Assembly: GCF_963921235.1 (NCBI RefSeq)
Contig: NC_086097.1
Coordinates: 98,830,001 to 98,894,000 of the forward strand
Length of the DNA stretch: 64,000 nt
Source: Mobula hypostoma
Taxonomy: Eukaryota
Direction of reading: 5' to 3'
The notes below the pieces were generated by a model. The model did not search any database. It was given only the letters and a program-made list of their open reading frames with translations, and had not been told where the DNA came from. Of the stretch, positions 26,520 to 40,852 are shown in pieces. Both the position numbers and the translations under genes were made by a program. How positions within the stretch are numbered: position 1 is the first letter of the stretch; each line of letters opens with the position of its first letter.

Positions 26520-27360
26520 CACCAACGGAACACCTCAAGTACGCATGCTTAGCCCACTGCTCTACTCTCTCTATGTTCATGACTGCGTGAACAACAGTGC
26601 AAAGCAATACCGTAATTTAATAAAGAGCAGACCATGGGCACAGCTCAGATGCCATCTGTACAACCATTGTTGGCAGAATCTGAGACGGTGACAAGAGGAT
26701 GATAAGGAGTGTGATATATCAGCTAGTGGAGTGGTGTTGCAGTGGGAACCTTGCACTCAATGTCACTAAGCCTGCAGAATTGATTGAGGACTTCGGAAAG
26801 GGTAAGATAAGGGAACACATACCAGTCCTCATCGAGGGATCAGAAGTTGGAAGTGTGAATAATTACAAGTTCCTGTGTGAGCAACATCTCTAAGGATCTA
26901 TCCTGGGTGCAATATATTGAGGCAGATACAAAGAAGGCACAATAGCGACAATAATTCATAAGGAGTTTGACGAGATTTGGTATGTCGCCAAAGACACTTC
27001 CAAATTTCTACAGATGTACTGTGAAGAGCATTCTACTGGCTGCATCACCATCTGGCATGGGAGGGAGGAGCACAGCACAGGATCAAAATAAGCTGCAGAA
27101 AGCAGTAAAATGCTGTCAGCTTCATTATGGGTATTAGCCTCCCCAGCATCCATGATACCTTCAAGGAGCGATCAGCGTTCATCATTCTGGGCCCCCATCA
27201 CCCAGGACATGCCCTCTTCTCATTGCTACCATCAAGAAGGAGGGGCAGGAGCCTGAAGACATACACTCAATGATTGAGGAAAAGCTTCTTCCCCTCTGCC
27301 ATCTGATTTCTGAATGGACATTGAACCCATGAACACAAACTCACTACTTTTTTTCCCTCT
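26520..27360 (+). mobile_element. Rex1/Babar-type LINE fragment
   Basis: Degenerate PQG..LSPLLYSL, LVEWC..NLALNV.K and SFFPSAI motifs. Confidence 0.75.
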
Positions 27361-27374
27361 TTTTAGTATGTACA

Positions 27375-27890
27375 CAAAGCAGCTTTCCAAGAAATGAGGA
27401 CCATATTAACAGACAGAAGGATGAGCATGTACACTAAAAACAGAATACTGCAGTGCTACATTTATTCTATCCTGACTTATGGAAGTGAGTGCTGGATCAT
27501 TTCCACAGCAATGGAAAAGAGACTAGAAGCAGCTGAATTATGGTTCTACAGGAGAATGTTAAAAATATCATGGACCACACACACATCAAATGAAGAAGTT
27601 CTCAGAAGAGCCCAAACAGTTCGATCACTCATACCAACAATAAGAGAAAGACAACTCAGATTCCTAGGACACATCATGCGGAAAGATGAGCTAGAAAAAC
27701 TCATACTCTCTGGAAAGATTGAGGGGAGTAAACCTAGAAGAAGACCTCGGTTTATGTACATTAAAAGCATAGCCAGGTGGCTACACATCGAGGAATGGAA
27801 GTCATCCAAAAAACGAAGGATAGATCTATATGGAAAACCATGGTCACCAAAGTCTGCATTGGATATGGTACCGAGACAGACAGACAGACA
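27375..27890 (+). mobile_element. RTE-clade LINE 3' fragment
   Basis: ORF SILTYGSECW..RLEAAELWFYRRMLKISW..QLRFLGHIMR; (GACA)n tail. Confidence 0.88.
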
Positions 27891-28239
27891 CATTTGTTAC
27901 GTAATTCAGTTTTTATTATGTACTGTAATGTACAGCTTCCACTTAACAAATTTCACAACATAAACCAGTGATATAAAACCTGATTCTGATCTCCCAAGGT
28001 GGAGCACTTCACACTTGCTGTGCTAAACTCTGTCTGCCATTTCTCCACCTATATCTGCAACTGATCTATAGCCCGCTGTATTCTTTGTCAATCTCCACAA
28101 CAACACCTATCTACACGTCATCTGTAACCTTACTAACTCATCCAGGTAATTTATATACGTCCCAAATACAGAGGTCGCAGTATGGATCTTTGTGCAACAC
28201 CACTAATTACACACCTTGAGCCAGAATGAGTCCCTTGCA

Positions 28240-28431
28240 GAGATATTTGCAACGTCTTTAGCCATGGGCAAAGTTCTGGAGGACTGGAGAGTAGCTGATG
28301 ATTAATGTTTCTGGTAAGTAAGTTACTGGGGGGGGGGTGGTAATTCTGAGCATGGAATCTATCAGTAGTTGGATAGACAAAGACTGATTCGTGTAGTCAG
28401 CATACCTTTGTGTATGAGAAATCAAGACTCA
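28240..28431 (+). mobile_element. Old CR1 fragment hosting the L1 (continues at 36625-36940)
   Basis: Degenerate PEDWR and SQHGF..LTNL coding sequence continues across the L1 TSD. Confidence 0.75.
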
Positions 28432-31400
28432 GGACTTCCTGTTGGCGGTGGATGGAATAACAGCATTTTACAGCCACTTCTAGTTTACTTTACTTTTCCT
28501 TCTTTCTAACCTGATCTGACACTATGACTACGAGAACTTCTAGAGGTAAAAAAGAAGAAGATTCTTCTACTTCTTTGGATTCTATTGTTGAATTGATGCA
28601 AAACCACAGAAAGGAAGCCTCCGAGGAATTTCAGCGATTCAGCAAGAAATCCGCTGAAGAGTTTCAACAACTTGGCTTTGAAATTAAGCAATTAAGCACA
28701 AAACTGGATTCTATTCAAGAAACCTTAATTGAGCATGATAAATGAATAAAAGAGAATGAAGAAATCCTGTCGATTCTGGATGAGAAAATGGACGACCTGC
28801 AAAACCGTTTTGGAAAACAATCCGAGGTTAACGATGAACTAAGACAGAAGATTATTGATTTAGAAAACAGAAGTAGAAGGAATAATGTACTAATTCTTGG
28901 TCTTGAAGAGTTAACTGAAGGTGATTGACCAGAATTTTTCGCAAACTTTCTGGTTCAGCTATTTCCTGATATTTAAAAATCGGTACCAATGATCCACCGA
29001 GCTCATAGAATACCTGCGGACAGAATGCTTACAAGCAAACCTCGTTCAGTGCTAATCGCTTTTCATGAGTTTCAAACAAAGAATCCTATAATTCGTGAAT
29101 CTCGTCGGAATGGTATGATTGACTTTAATGGAAAAAAGATTAGAATTGTTGAAGATTTCTCACCAGATACTATGAGGGAACGTGCTAAGTTCAAAAACGT
29201 CATGTCAGAATTCTACAACAAAGATTTTAAACCTTCGCTACGGTCCCCGGCAAAGCTCAGAATTACACTGCAAGATGGATCGCAAAAATGGTTCCGTTTC
29301 AGTCTGAGGAAAATTTAGAGTCAGTAAAATGACTGCTTATTAGTTGCTACATGAATAATTGTTTACTTCACCTTTGCTAAACTTTGTACTTAACTCTTTC
29401 CTTTATTTTGAGAATAAAACTTTAATGTGCTATTACTTTGTTAAGTTTAAAAGTATCACGTTAGAGCTGTTTAACAAAACTTACATAAATAATTGTGTAT
29501 TTTGCCTCTGGTAAATCTTGTAGTCAATTTTCTTTTAAGAACCTCTTAAGGTCTTACTTTGAAATTAAGATTTTAATGAGTCAATATTCTGTGTGTCTAT
29601 ATTATTGTATATTAAACTTATTTTTCAAGAGTTTTTTTTATACCAGAATTAATTGTCTCTTCACTATCTAATGTTTTAACCGGGTTGGAATATTCTAACC
29701 TTGTAATTTATTTGGAGCTAAGCCAACAGGATTTTTGGGGGGGTGTCATTAGTTGTAGGTGTCGACTTTCTATGGTCGACTTTCTCTCTTTGGGAGGAGG
29801 GAGGGTGTTGGGTTGTTTTCCTTGGAAGCTGCTTGGGACTTTCAGCCAAACCTGTTGTTTGGTTTTCTCATCTCATAGGTCACTGCTTAGTTTTATTTAT
29901 CTGCTTAAGGATTATCCTTTTAATTTCTTTTTAAAGTAATAAAATGAACTATAATACTAAATTACTTAGTCTTAACGTGAAAGGATTAAATCATCCTTTG
30001 AAACGAAATAAGATTTTTGCCTATATTAAAAAACTTAAGGTCCCAATTATTTTCTTACAAGAAACACACGTACGTAATTCTGATAATTCACGCCTTTTTA
30101 GCCGATGGAGAGAATTGCATTTTCACTCAAGTTTTCAGGCCAAAGCTAGAGGTGTCTCGATTTTTATAGAAAATACAGTTCCTTTTGTTCAACACAAGGT
30201 TGTTTCTGATACTAATGGACGTTTTGTTATACTATCAGGGAAACTAGAGGATAAATTGTTGGTATTTGCCAATGTTTATGCCCCAAATATAGATGATCCA
30301 GATTCTTTGAGTGATTTTTTTTCATTTTAGCCTGATCTGAGTGTGTACTCATTGGTGATGGCAGGAGACTTTAATTGCTGGTTAGACCCAGTCGTAGATC
30401 AGTCCTCTTCTAATCCAGCGACACTTAATAAATCAGCTTAGTTTATCCATTCATTTTTAACAAATTGTGGTATTGTTGATTTATGGCATTTCTTACATCC
30501 AACAGATAGAGAATACTCATATTTCTCCATGCCATGTTCATCATACGTATTCCAGAATTGACTATTTTTTTATTGATAACCAAATGATTCCATTAGTTTG
30601 ATCTTGTGGATATAAAGAGATTGCTATCTCTGACCATGCTCCTGTGCTTTTATCCATAAATCTTCCTGGTTTTCCTCAGACAAACAGATTCTGGCATTTT
30701 AGTTTAACTCTGTTATCTGGCAAGGATTTTTAAGTTTTTGGAGAGACAAATCACTCTTTTTTTTTGAAGAGAATACGGTGGAGGAGACTTCTAGCCTTGT
30801 CATATGGGATGCCTTTAAAGCATATATTTGAGGACAAATCATTTCTTATACTGCAAGTGTTAAGATAAAAGCTAATAAAGAGAGAATTAATTTAGCCGAC
30901 CAGCTGAGACAATTAGATGAAGAATATGCTTTGACCTCAGATCCTACTGTATATAAAAGACGGGTTGAAATTAAAGCCAAGTATGATGTTTTTTATTAAC
31001 ATACCCTATTGAACCTCAACTTTTAAAGGGTAAAAGTCAATTTTATATCCATGGGGATAAAATAGGTAAATTATTGGCTAACCAAATTAAAACTTCTAGT
31101 GCTAAACGACAGATTAAAGAAATTTATAAACCTAACGGTACTAGGACAACTGATCATTTAGAAATCAATGATACTTTTACAGAATATTATTCTAAAGTTT
31201 ATGGCTCTGATCTTCTTAAAGATAATACTATAATGGATAACTTTTTAGACAAAATAAATATCCCTACGCTTTCTGTTGATGACTGAAAACAGTTGGATCA
31301 ATGTATTTCTCACGAAGAAATAGCCGAAGCTGTACGTTTGTTGCACTCAGGGAAAGCTCCAGGTCCTGACAGATTTACTGGAGAATTTTATAAGGCTTTT

Positions 31401-34400
31401 TCTTCCTTGCTCATAGCCCATTTATGTTCAGTTTTTTCAGATTCTTTTAAGTTAGGTAGGTTACTGCAATCCTTTTACGAAGCCTCTATTTCGCTTATCC
31501 TTAAAAAGAATAAGAATCCAACTGAATATTCTTCATATAGACCAATTTCTTTACTTAATGTTGATGCTAAAATTTTATCTAAAGCCCTGGCCCGTAGGAT
31601 GGAAAATATCTTACCATCTGTCATTTCTGACGATCAGACTGGTTTTATTAAAAATTGACATTCTCATTTTAATATTTGTCGATTATTAAATATTACTTAT
31701 TCTCCTTCTAAAGAGATATCGGAGCGTGTGATATCCTTAGATGCTGAGAAGGCTTTTGATCGGGTTAAATGGCATTATTTATTTAAAATTTTAGAAAAAT
31801 TTAATTTTGAGTCCAACTTTATTCAACGGATTAAATTACTGTATTTATCACCTTTTGCTCGGGTTCTTACTCACTCTCAGAATTTGAAACCATTTAGACT
31901 TCAACGTGGAACCAGACAAGGTTGTCCTTTGAGTTCTTTGCTCTTTGACCTGGCTTTAGAACCTTTAGCTACTGCTTTTCCAGACTCTAACGATATCACT
32001 GGTATTTTACGGAAGGGTACTATCCACAAAATTTCACTTTATGCAGGTGATTTATTGCTTTACATTTCTAACGTTGAAACTTCATTACTTTCTGAGCTTT
32101 CTTTACTATCTTGTTTTAGTCAATTTTCTGGATATAAACTGAACCTACACAAGAGTGAACTTTTTCCTTTGAATATTTTGCCATTAACTGATATTAACCT
32201 TCCTTTTAAAATTGTAAGAAACCTATTCACTTATTTGGGTGTACCAATTACTAAGAATTATAAATACTTATTTGAAGAAAATTTTCTTACTTTATAAAAT
32301 TATATAAAAAGAATATTATCAAATTGGTCACCCCTTTTGTTATCATTGATTGGCTGAATTAATTCTATTAAAATGAACGTTTTACCTAAATTTATATATC
32401 TCTTTCAGGCATTACCCATTTTTATTCCTAAATCCTTTTTTGACTCTCTTGACTCTATTTTATCCTCGTACATATGGAAAAATAAACATCCTCGACTGAA
32501 TAAAGTCCATCTCCAGAAAGTTAAAAAGAATGGAGTTTTAGCTTTACCAAATTTTAGGTTTTATTACTGGGCAGCTAATATACGGAATCTCACGTTTTGG
32601 TGATACTATATTAACCACGAGGACTGTCCTGGGTGGGTTTCTTTAGAAGCTAACTTGGTTAATAAATTTTCTATTATCTCCCTATTGGGATCTTCACTTC
32701 CTTTATCCTTAAGTAAGGTAACTAAAAATATGGTAGTCAAACATACTTTAAGGATTTGAATACAATTTGGAAAACACTTTGGTTTATTGAGATTCTCCCT
32801 TTCTAGTCCCATTTTTTAAAATTATTTTTTAAAGCCTTCTATGACTGGTGTAGATTTTAAACAATGGGAAGGATTGGGCATTACACATTTCCGGGATCTG
32901 TTTGAGGGAGGAAGTCTTTCTTCGTTTGAACAATTGTCAACTAAATACAGTTTATCAAAAACCCATTTTTTTTGGTACTTACAAAATTAGAGATTTTCTG
33001 CGATCTCAATTATATACGTTTCCTAATAGACCTGATAAGAACGTACTAGATGAAATTCTTAATATGAAACCATTCTATAATGGCTCAATATCTAATATTT
33101 ATGATATGTTGTTGGGAATTCTTTAGACAAGATTAAAAATCTTTGGGAACAAGACTTACAGACCTCAATTTCTGAAGAAACTTGGAATGAGATTTTTAAA
33201 TTGGTTAATACTTCATCGCTATGTGCTCATCATTCCCTCCTACAATTTAAAGTGGTTCATAGGGCTATATGACCAAGGATAAATTATCTCGTTTTTATCG
33301 AGATATATCTCCCTATTGTGATAGGTGTAACAATGGAGAAGCTTCACTTATTCACATAGAACCATAGAACAATAGAAACTACAGCACAGAAACAGGCCTT
33401 TTGGCCCTTCTTAGCTGTGCCGAACCATTTTCTGCCTAGTCCCACTGACCTGTACACGGACCATATCCCTCCATACACCTCCCATCCATGTATCTGTCCA
33501 ATTTATTCTTAAATGTTAAAAAAGAACCCGCATTTACCACCTCGTCTGGCAGCTCATTCCATACTCCCACCACTCTCTGTGTGAAGAAGCCCCCCCTAAT
33601 GTTCCCTTTAAACTTTCGCCCCCTCACCCTTAACCCATGTCCTCTGGTTTTTTTCTCCCCTTGCCTCAGTGGAAAAAGCCTGCTTGCATTCACTCTATCT
33701 ATACCCTTCATAATTTTATATACCTCTATCAAATCTCCCCTATTCTTCTACGCTCCAGGGAATAAAGTCCTAACCTATTCAACCTTTCTCTGTAACTGAG
33801 TTTCTCAAGTCCCGGCAACATCCTTGTAAACCTTCTCTGCACTCTTTCAACCTTATTTATATCCTTCCTATAATTTGGTGACCAAAACTGAACACAATAC
33901 TCCAGATTCGGCCTCACCAATGCCTTATACAACCTCATCATAACATTCCAGCTCTTGTACTCAATACTTTGATTAATAAAGGCCAATGTACCAAAAGCTC
34001 TCTTTATGACCCTATCTACCTGTGACGCCACTTTTAGGGAATTTTGTATCTGTATTCCCAGATCCCTCTGTTCCACTGCACTCCTCAGTGCCTTACCATT
34101 AACCCTGTATGTTCTACCTTGGTTTGTCCTTCCAACGTGCAATACCTCACACTTGTCTGTATTAAACTCCATCTGCCATTTTTCAGCCCATTTTTCCAGC
34201 TGGTCCAAGTCCCTCTGCAGGCTCTGAAAACCTTCCTCACTGTCTACTACACCTTCAATCTTTGTATCATCAGCAAATTTGCTGATCCAATTTACCACAT
34301 TATCATCCAGATCATTGATATAGATGACAAATAACAATGGACCCAGCACTGATCCCTGTGGCACACCACTAGTCACAGGCCTCCACTCGGAGAAGCAATT

Positions 34401-36609
34401 CTCTACTACCACTCTTTGGCTTCTTCCATTGAGCCAATGTCTAATCCAATTTACCACCTCTCCATGTATACCTAGCGACTGAATTTTCCTAACTAACCTC
34501 CCATGCGGGACCTTGTCAAAGGCCTTACTGAAGTCCATGTAGACAATATCCACTGCCTTCCCTTCATCCACTTTCCTGGTAACCTCCTCAAAAAACTCCA
34601 ATAGATTGGTCAAACATGACCTACCACGCACAAAGCCATGTTGGCTCTCCCTAGTAAGTCCCTGTCTATCCAAATGCTTGTAGATTCTGTCTCTTAGTAC
34701 TCCCTCCAATAACTCACCTACTACCGATGTTAAACTTACTGGGCTATAATTTCCCGGATTACTTTTTGATCCTTTTTTAAACAACGGAACAACATGAGCC
34801 ACTCTCCAATCCTCCGGCACCTCACCTGTAGACAGCGACATTTTAAATATTTCTGCCAGGGCCCCTGCAATTTCAACACTAGTCTCCTTCAAGGTCCGAG
34901 GGAACACCCTGTCAGGTCCCGGGGATTTATCCACTTTAATTTTCCTCAAGACAGCAAGGACCTCCTCCTTTTCAATCTGTACAGTTTCCATGATCTCACT
35001 ACTTGTTTCCCTTAATTCCATAGATTTCATGCCAGTTTCCTTAGTAAATACAGACGCAAAAAACCTATTTAAGATCTCCCCCATTTCCTTTGGTTCCGCA
35101 CATAGCCGACCACTCTGATCTTCAAGAGGACCAATTTTATCCCTTACAATCCTTTTGCTCTTAATATAACTGTAAAAGCTCTTTGGATTATCCTTCACTT
35201 TGACTGCCAAGGCAACCTCATGTCTTCTTTTAGCCCTCCCGATTTCTTTCTTAAGTATTTCCTTGCACTTCTTATACTCCTCAAGCACCTTATTTACTCC
35301 CTGCTTCCTATACATGTCATACAACTCCCCCTTTTTCTTTATCAGAGTTGCAATATCCCTTGAGAACCGAAGTTCCTTATTCCTATTCACTTTGCCTTTA
35401 ATCCTGACAGGAACATACAAATTCTGCACTCTCAAAATTTCTCCTTTGAAGGCTTCCCACCTACCGATCACATCCTTGCCAGAGAACAACCTGTCCCAAT
35501 CCACGCTTTTTAGATCCTTTCTCATTTCTTCAAATTTGGCCTTCTTCCAGTTAAGAACCCTAGGACCAGATCTATCCTTGTCTATGATCAAGTTGAAACT
35601 GATGGTGTTATGATCACTGGAACCAAAGTGCTCCCCTACACAGACTTCTGTCACTTGTCCTAACTCGTTTCCTAACAGGAGATCCAATATTGCATCCCCT
35701 CTAGTTGGTCCCTCTATATATTGATTTAGAAAACTTTCCTGAACACATTTTACAAACTCTAAACCATCTAGACCCCTAACACTATGGGAGTCCCAATCAA
35801 TATATGGAAAATTAAAATCCCCTACACCACAACTTTATGTTTCCTGCAGTTGCCTGCTATCTCTCTGCAGATTTGCTCTTCCAATTCTCATTGACTATTG
35901 GGTGGTCTGTAATACAATCCCACTAATGTGGCCATACCTTTCCTGTTTCTCATGTTTTGGACTTGCCCAAATCTTGGAAAATATTGGAAGGAAATATTTC
36001 AAACTTTTTCTGTACTCTTTAAAGTAAATTTTAAGCCTAATCCTTTGATTGCCCTATTTGGTATTGTTGGAAGGAAAGATATCATTTTGAAGACATCTGA
36101 TCTGCACATTCTGGCTTTGATCTCTCTTATGGCTACGAGGGCACTTTTGTTTAAATGGAAGGATGCTGTCCCGCCTAATCATGCTTAGTGGTTACGGGAT
36201 GTTATGGCATGCCTAAATTTAGAAAAGATTCGTTGTTCAACTTCTGAATCTAACCAAGATTTTCAAAATTTGTGGGGGCCGTTTTTAAATCATTTTCATA
36301 ATCTTTGATTTCTTGTTAAAGTACAGAAGGCAGTTAATAGTATACTTTATTATCTGGTAAGTTTCTTTTTTCTTTTTTTTCCCCCCAAACAGCTTCAGCT
36401 TTGGTAGTGGGTGTAGATCTTTTTTTCTTTAAGAAAATTTTTTATATTCTAATATACGAACTAATCTAATCCATGTGAATATAGAGTAAGGAGTTCGTTA
36501 ATGTGATTCAATATACCGTATCTCTTTTGTATTCTCTTGAATTCTATTGTATTCTCTTGAACTCTGTATTCTTATATATATAGAAATCAAATCAATAAAA
36601 ATATTGAAA
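28432..36609 (+). mobile_element. Full-length degraded L1 (ORF1 ~28524-29318, ORF2 ~29944-36300), split by a CR1
   Basis: 15-bp TSD AGAAATCAAGACTCA (28417-28431, 36610-36624). ORF1 LENRSRRNN and HRAHR. EN NVKGL, LQETH. RT SLDAEKAFD, GTRQGCPLS. CCHC motif. AATAAA and A-rich tail. Confidence 0.96.
33358..35950 (-). mobile_element. Young 5'-truncated CR1 LINE with a 652-aa open ORF2 segment
   Basis: ORF 33729-35687 with [31 protein letters not shown]. (TTCTATGG)-type tail; CAT microhomology at the junctions. Confidence 0.96.
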
Positions 36610-37026
36610 AGAAATCAAGACTCACAAATCTGTTAAAATCTTTATGAAGAGATAACTATGAAGAATGATGCGGGTAGGGTGGTGGACACTGTCTATATGG
36701 ATGCTAGTAAGGCCTCTGACAACGTCCTGCATAGAAAGCTAGTCTAGAAGATTAGATCACATAGGAAGTGCTAGCTAAGTGGATACATTATTAGCTTGAT
36801 AACAGGAAGCACAGAATGACGGTGGAAGATTGCTTTGCGGACAAGTGACCTGTGTCATGGGGCCAATTACAGCTGGTCTTTTATATAAACAATTTGGATG
36901 AGAACGGACTGGTATGGTTAGTAATTTTGCTGATGACACTGGGAGAAAGCTAACTGCGTCACTATGCTGACCTCAGTTTTTCTAGCCAAGGTTATCACCA
37001 AAAACGTTTGTATTAAATTTCATCTG

Positions 37027-38012
37027 ATAACTTTTTCAGACTTGTTTATGGGGGATTGTTTAATGTCTTTCACTCAGTTAGTGGACAAATATGACTTACC
37101 TAATGCACACTTTTTTAGATGTTTATAAATTAGGAATTTTTTACGTAGTTTACTTCCACATTTTCCCTCTGTTTATCCACCCAATATGAGATACCCTTTT
37201 TCAGGTTAAACCATTTCAAAAAGGACTGATGGCTTTAATTTATAAATGGTTATTGAATTTGCAAAAGGTATCCAACGATAAAATTAAAGGTGTGTGGGAA
37301 TTGGAATTTTGAGAGTCACTTTCAGATAAACAGTGGGATAAGATTTTTCATTTGGTAAATATTTCATCTATTTGTGCCCGTCATTCCTTGGTACAGTTCA
37401 AGGTAGTACATTGGGCACACATGTCAAAGGATAAATTAGCCTGTATTTTTCCCAATATTAATCCTATTTGCGACAGAGGTAATATTGAGGTGGCTACTTT
37501 AACTCATACGTTTTGGTCTTGTATCAAGGTAGATAATTTTTGGAAAGATGTCTTTAAAACTTTATCAGAAGTCTTGAATTTGGACCTACAACCGAATTTA
37601 TTTACAGCAATTTTTGAGATCATTCCACCGGGAGCAGGATATATTCCTGTTTCTGCTCAACGGATGATAGTTTTTACAACTTCATTGGCTAGGAGAGCCA
37701 TTTTGCTTAAATGGAAGGATTCTAATCCACCTACTTTTATTGGCTTTCCTCCATTATGTCCTGTCTAAGTTTAGAGAAAATAAGAAGTCAGACATTTGAT
37801 ACATCCTTTAAATTTGAAGAAACCTGGTGACCTTTTATTCAATATTTTCATATGGTCTGATTTATTGCTCTTCCAGTTACTTTCTTGAAACTTTGGATTT
37901 GATCAGAAAGTTTCTCTTTCTTCTTGCTTTTACTCTCAGTATGGGCTGCCCAGTCCCTTTTTTTTCTTTTTCTTTTTTTACTTTTTGTTTTTGTTTATAG
38001 AGAATAGTGGAG

Positions 38013-38043
<31 letters not shown>

Positions 38044-38260
38044 TTCTTTATCTCTATTTTCTTTTTATGAAATGATAAGAGGAGAATTGATTATTTTTAT
38101 TATATATTATTAGATTAATACTATGTATGATCTTGATAATGTTTATTTTACCTTTTATATATATTGTTATCGATATAAATATTTGAGATAATTATCCTCT
38201 TGTTTGTATATATGTACTTTAAAAAAATTAATAAAAAGATTGATAAAGAAAGAAAGAAAG
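37027..38260 (+). mobile_element. 5'-truncated L1 (3' end)
   Basis: ORF2 C-terminus (HTFWSC, LARRAILLKWK), (GAAA)n tail, TSD AAATTTCATCTG at 37015-37026 and 38261-38272. Confidence 0.92.
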
Positions 38261-40599
38261 AAATTTCATCTGCTTCATATTTGAACGGGCTGAAGTGTGA
38301 TGTCTGTTTCTGTCCCCACCTGCCTACTTCAGCTACTTACCTGTAAAACTGGAACTCTGCGCAGTTACGAAGGATCAATCAGCAACAGAACAAAATGAGC
38401 AGGAATTCTAATACCAACCCTGGAGAAAATCACTTCTTTAAAGCAGATGAACAGCATCCCATCATTAGTCAGCACCATTTCACAGCCCAGATGCCAGGTG
38501 TGAATAATAAAGTGATGGGTCCATTCTCTCATTAACTCTCCACTGGCTAAATCCATACCGCTGGTCTCCCAAATGCCTATTTGTACACACACTAGTTAGG
38601 TGTTTAAAAACTGGGCAGGCTTTCTCCATGTACAGTGTAATATTAGAAACGTGTGCCTGCCAATTTGGTCTACAATGACCAAAAACAGATTAATCCCACT
38701 TCCCAGCTCTTGTACCTACAGCTCCTCAAGTGGTCACCAGGTACCTTTTAAGTATTGGTAAAAGTTTGCATCTTCAACATCCTCTCAGCAGTGTGTTCTA
38801 GAACCTTCTTGAATTTAAAAATATTTGCCTCACAATTTACTCTAAGCCTTTCAACAACTACCTCAGGACTAGCTCTCTGCTTATGGGCCCTTTCTCTTTA
38901 TCCCTAGATCTCTGATGATTTTATACATCTCAGTCAACTCACACCAACATTTTATTAATTCTGAAGAAAATAAATCTAGACAAACCAATCTCTTCTCACA
39001 CAGTACAACAGTACTAAGACTACATTAGCCACAGTAAGCACAAGAGAATATTCAGACCTCACTAAGTTAAATAGAGTACAAGTTTTAAAACAGAGCTATA
39101 GGTACAGTGGCAGAGCTAGTAGAGCCACTACCTCATAGTGCCAAATTGCTGGGCCCAATCCTGTACTTGGGTGCTTTCTGTGTGGAGTTCGCATGGTTTC
39201 CCTGTGACCACACAAGATCCCCCCAGGTGCTGCCCCCCCCCCCACACACCCTAAAGGCATGCTGGCCATAGTAAATTGCCTCAAATGAGCAGCAGGATCT
39301 GTGCAGATCTTATGAGAATGTGCTAAAATAAAATTAAGATTCATGTAAACAGGGAGTTGATGTTTGGCGTGGAGTTGTTGGGCTGAAGGTTATATCTATG
39401 ACTCTAAAGTTCACAATGCACCAGCACACAGATGGAACTACCAAACCGAGTACCAGGCAGTAAAAGTCAAAGTCCAAACTGAATACATGTCACCATAAAC
39501 TACCTTGAGATTCATTTTCTTGCAGGCATACTCAATAAATCCATAATAGAGTAATAACTATAATAGAATCAAGTGAAAGACCACAACAATTTGGACGTTC
39601 AGCCAGCAAAAGACAACAAACTGTGAAAATACAAAAAGAAAGAAATCACAACAATAAATAAACAGGCAATAAATATCGAGAACACGAGATGAGGAGTCCT
39701 TGAAAGTGAGTCCACTGGTTGTGGGGACATTTCAGTGATGGGACAGATGGAGAGACATTATCCTCTCTGGTTCAGGAGCCTGATGGCTGAGGGGTGGTAA
39801 CTGCTGATGGAATGCATCAACAATACCTCATACTCAATGTAAGCAGAAATAGACCAGTAGAACACAGCAGCTTCCCAAGGGTCTCGAACTGGGATGATCT
39901 CTTTGCATCTCCGCTTGCCTGCTGTGGTCCAGGCAACAAGGAGATGTTACCAGAGGGGTTTACCAGGGTGTTGCCTGGATGATGGCGTGTTAGTTATAGG
40001 AGGAGGCTGGTGAGGCTGGGATTTCTTCCTCCTGAACATCAGAGGCTAAGAACTCACCTGATAAGTGTGTCAAAATTATGAGAGGCAAATACAACCAGGA
40101 TCCTTTCCTCAGGGTAGAAATGTTTCATACTAGAGGGCATAGCTTTAAGGTGAGAGTGGGAAAGCTTAAAGGGGACATGCATGGAAAGTGTTTTTTTAAC
40201 ATGGAGTGTGATGTGGGAGTGGAATGTGCTGCCAGGAGGAATAGAGGAGAGAGCGGACTGAGGAGCAGTGGAATGGAGAGGGGGTGCGGTCAGGTGGAAG
40301 GGATTACTTTAATTTGGCTTCATGCTCAGCACAGATATTGTGGGCCTACTTCTCTGCTGTATAGTTCACGGTTCTATGTTACTATGGTAAGAAACAAAGG
40401 TCAGGCTGCTCAACATTGTACTCTGCGTTGGTTTCTGCCTCAGTGCACTTTTGATCTATTGGGACGGCATGCAGCAAAGTTTTTCACTGCGTCTTGGCAC
40501 ACTTTACAATAATAAACCAATGCTAGAGCAGGTTCCATTCTGTATCCCCACTGAGGATAAGAGGGAGTCTGCTGTAAAAAAACCCTGCATCGCACTCAC

Positions 40600-40852
40600 C
40601 CAGTGTTGCCAGATATTGCTGTGAATCAGCCATGGGTGCCCAAAGATTCCCTTCCTCTGCATGATTCTTGTTGCTCATCAAATCTACGTCTGGCACTGTG
40701 ACGGGAATCAGGCTGAATATTTCAGAGAAGGATTCTGGGAAGCACTCTCTGACTGGGGAATCGGTTTCATTCACATCCATCATCTGAGCTGGCAGTCCAG
40801 AACATATCCTCTCCCATATATCATCAGCAGACTCTGTCTCTCTGGCAGCCAT
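40600..40852 (-). CDS. CCDC32: CCDC32 first coding exon (MAARETESADDIWERICSGLP...WAPMADSQQYLATL)
   Basis: Acceptor tttgtctttag|GG (exon starts 40854), ATG at 40852, donor G|gtgagt at 40599. Motifs DIWERICSGLP and WAPMADSQQYLATL match recalled human CCDC32 DLWAEICSCLP and WAPLQDSEVYLASL. Phase 1 joins the next exon. Confidence 0.93.

Noticed and set aside
33729..35687. 652-aa ORF as a host gene or active element
   Set aside because: It is CR1 ORF2, 5'-truncated within the endonuclease and frameshifted near the C-terminus.
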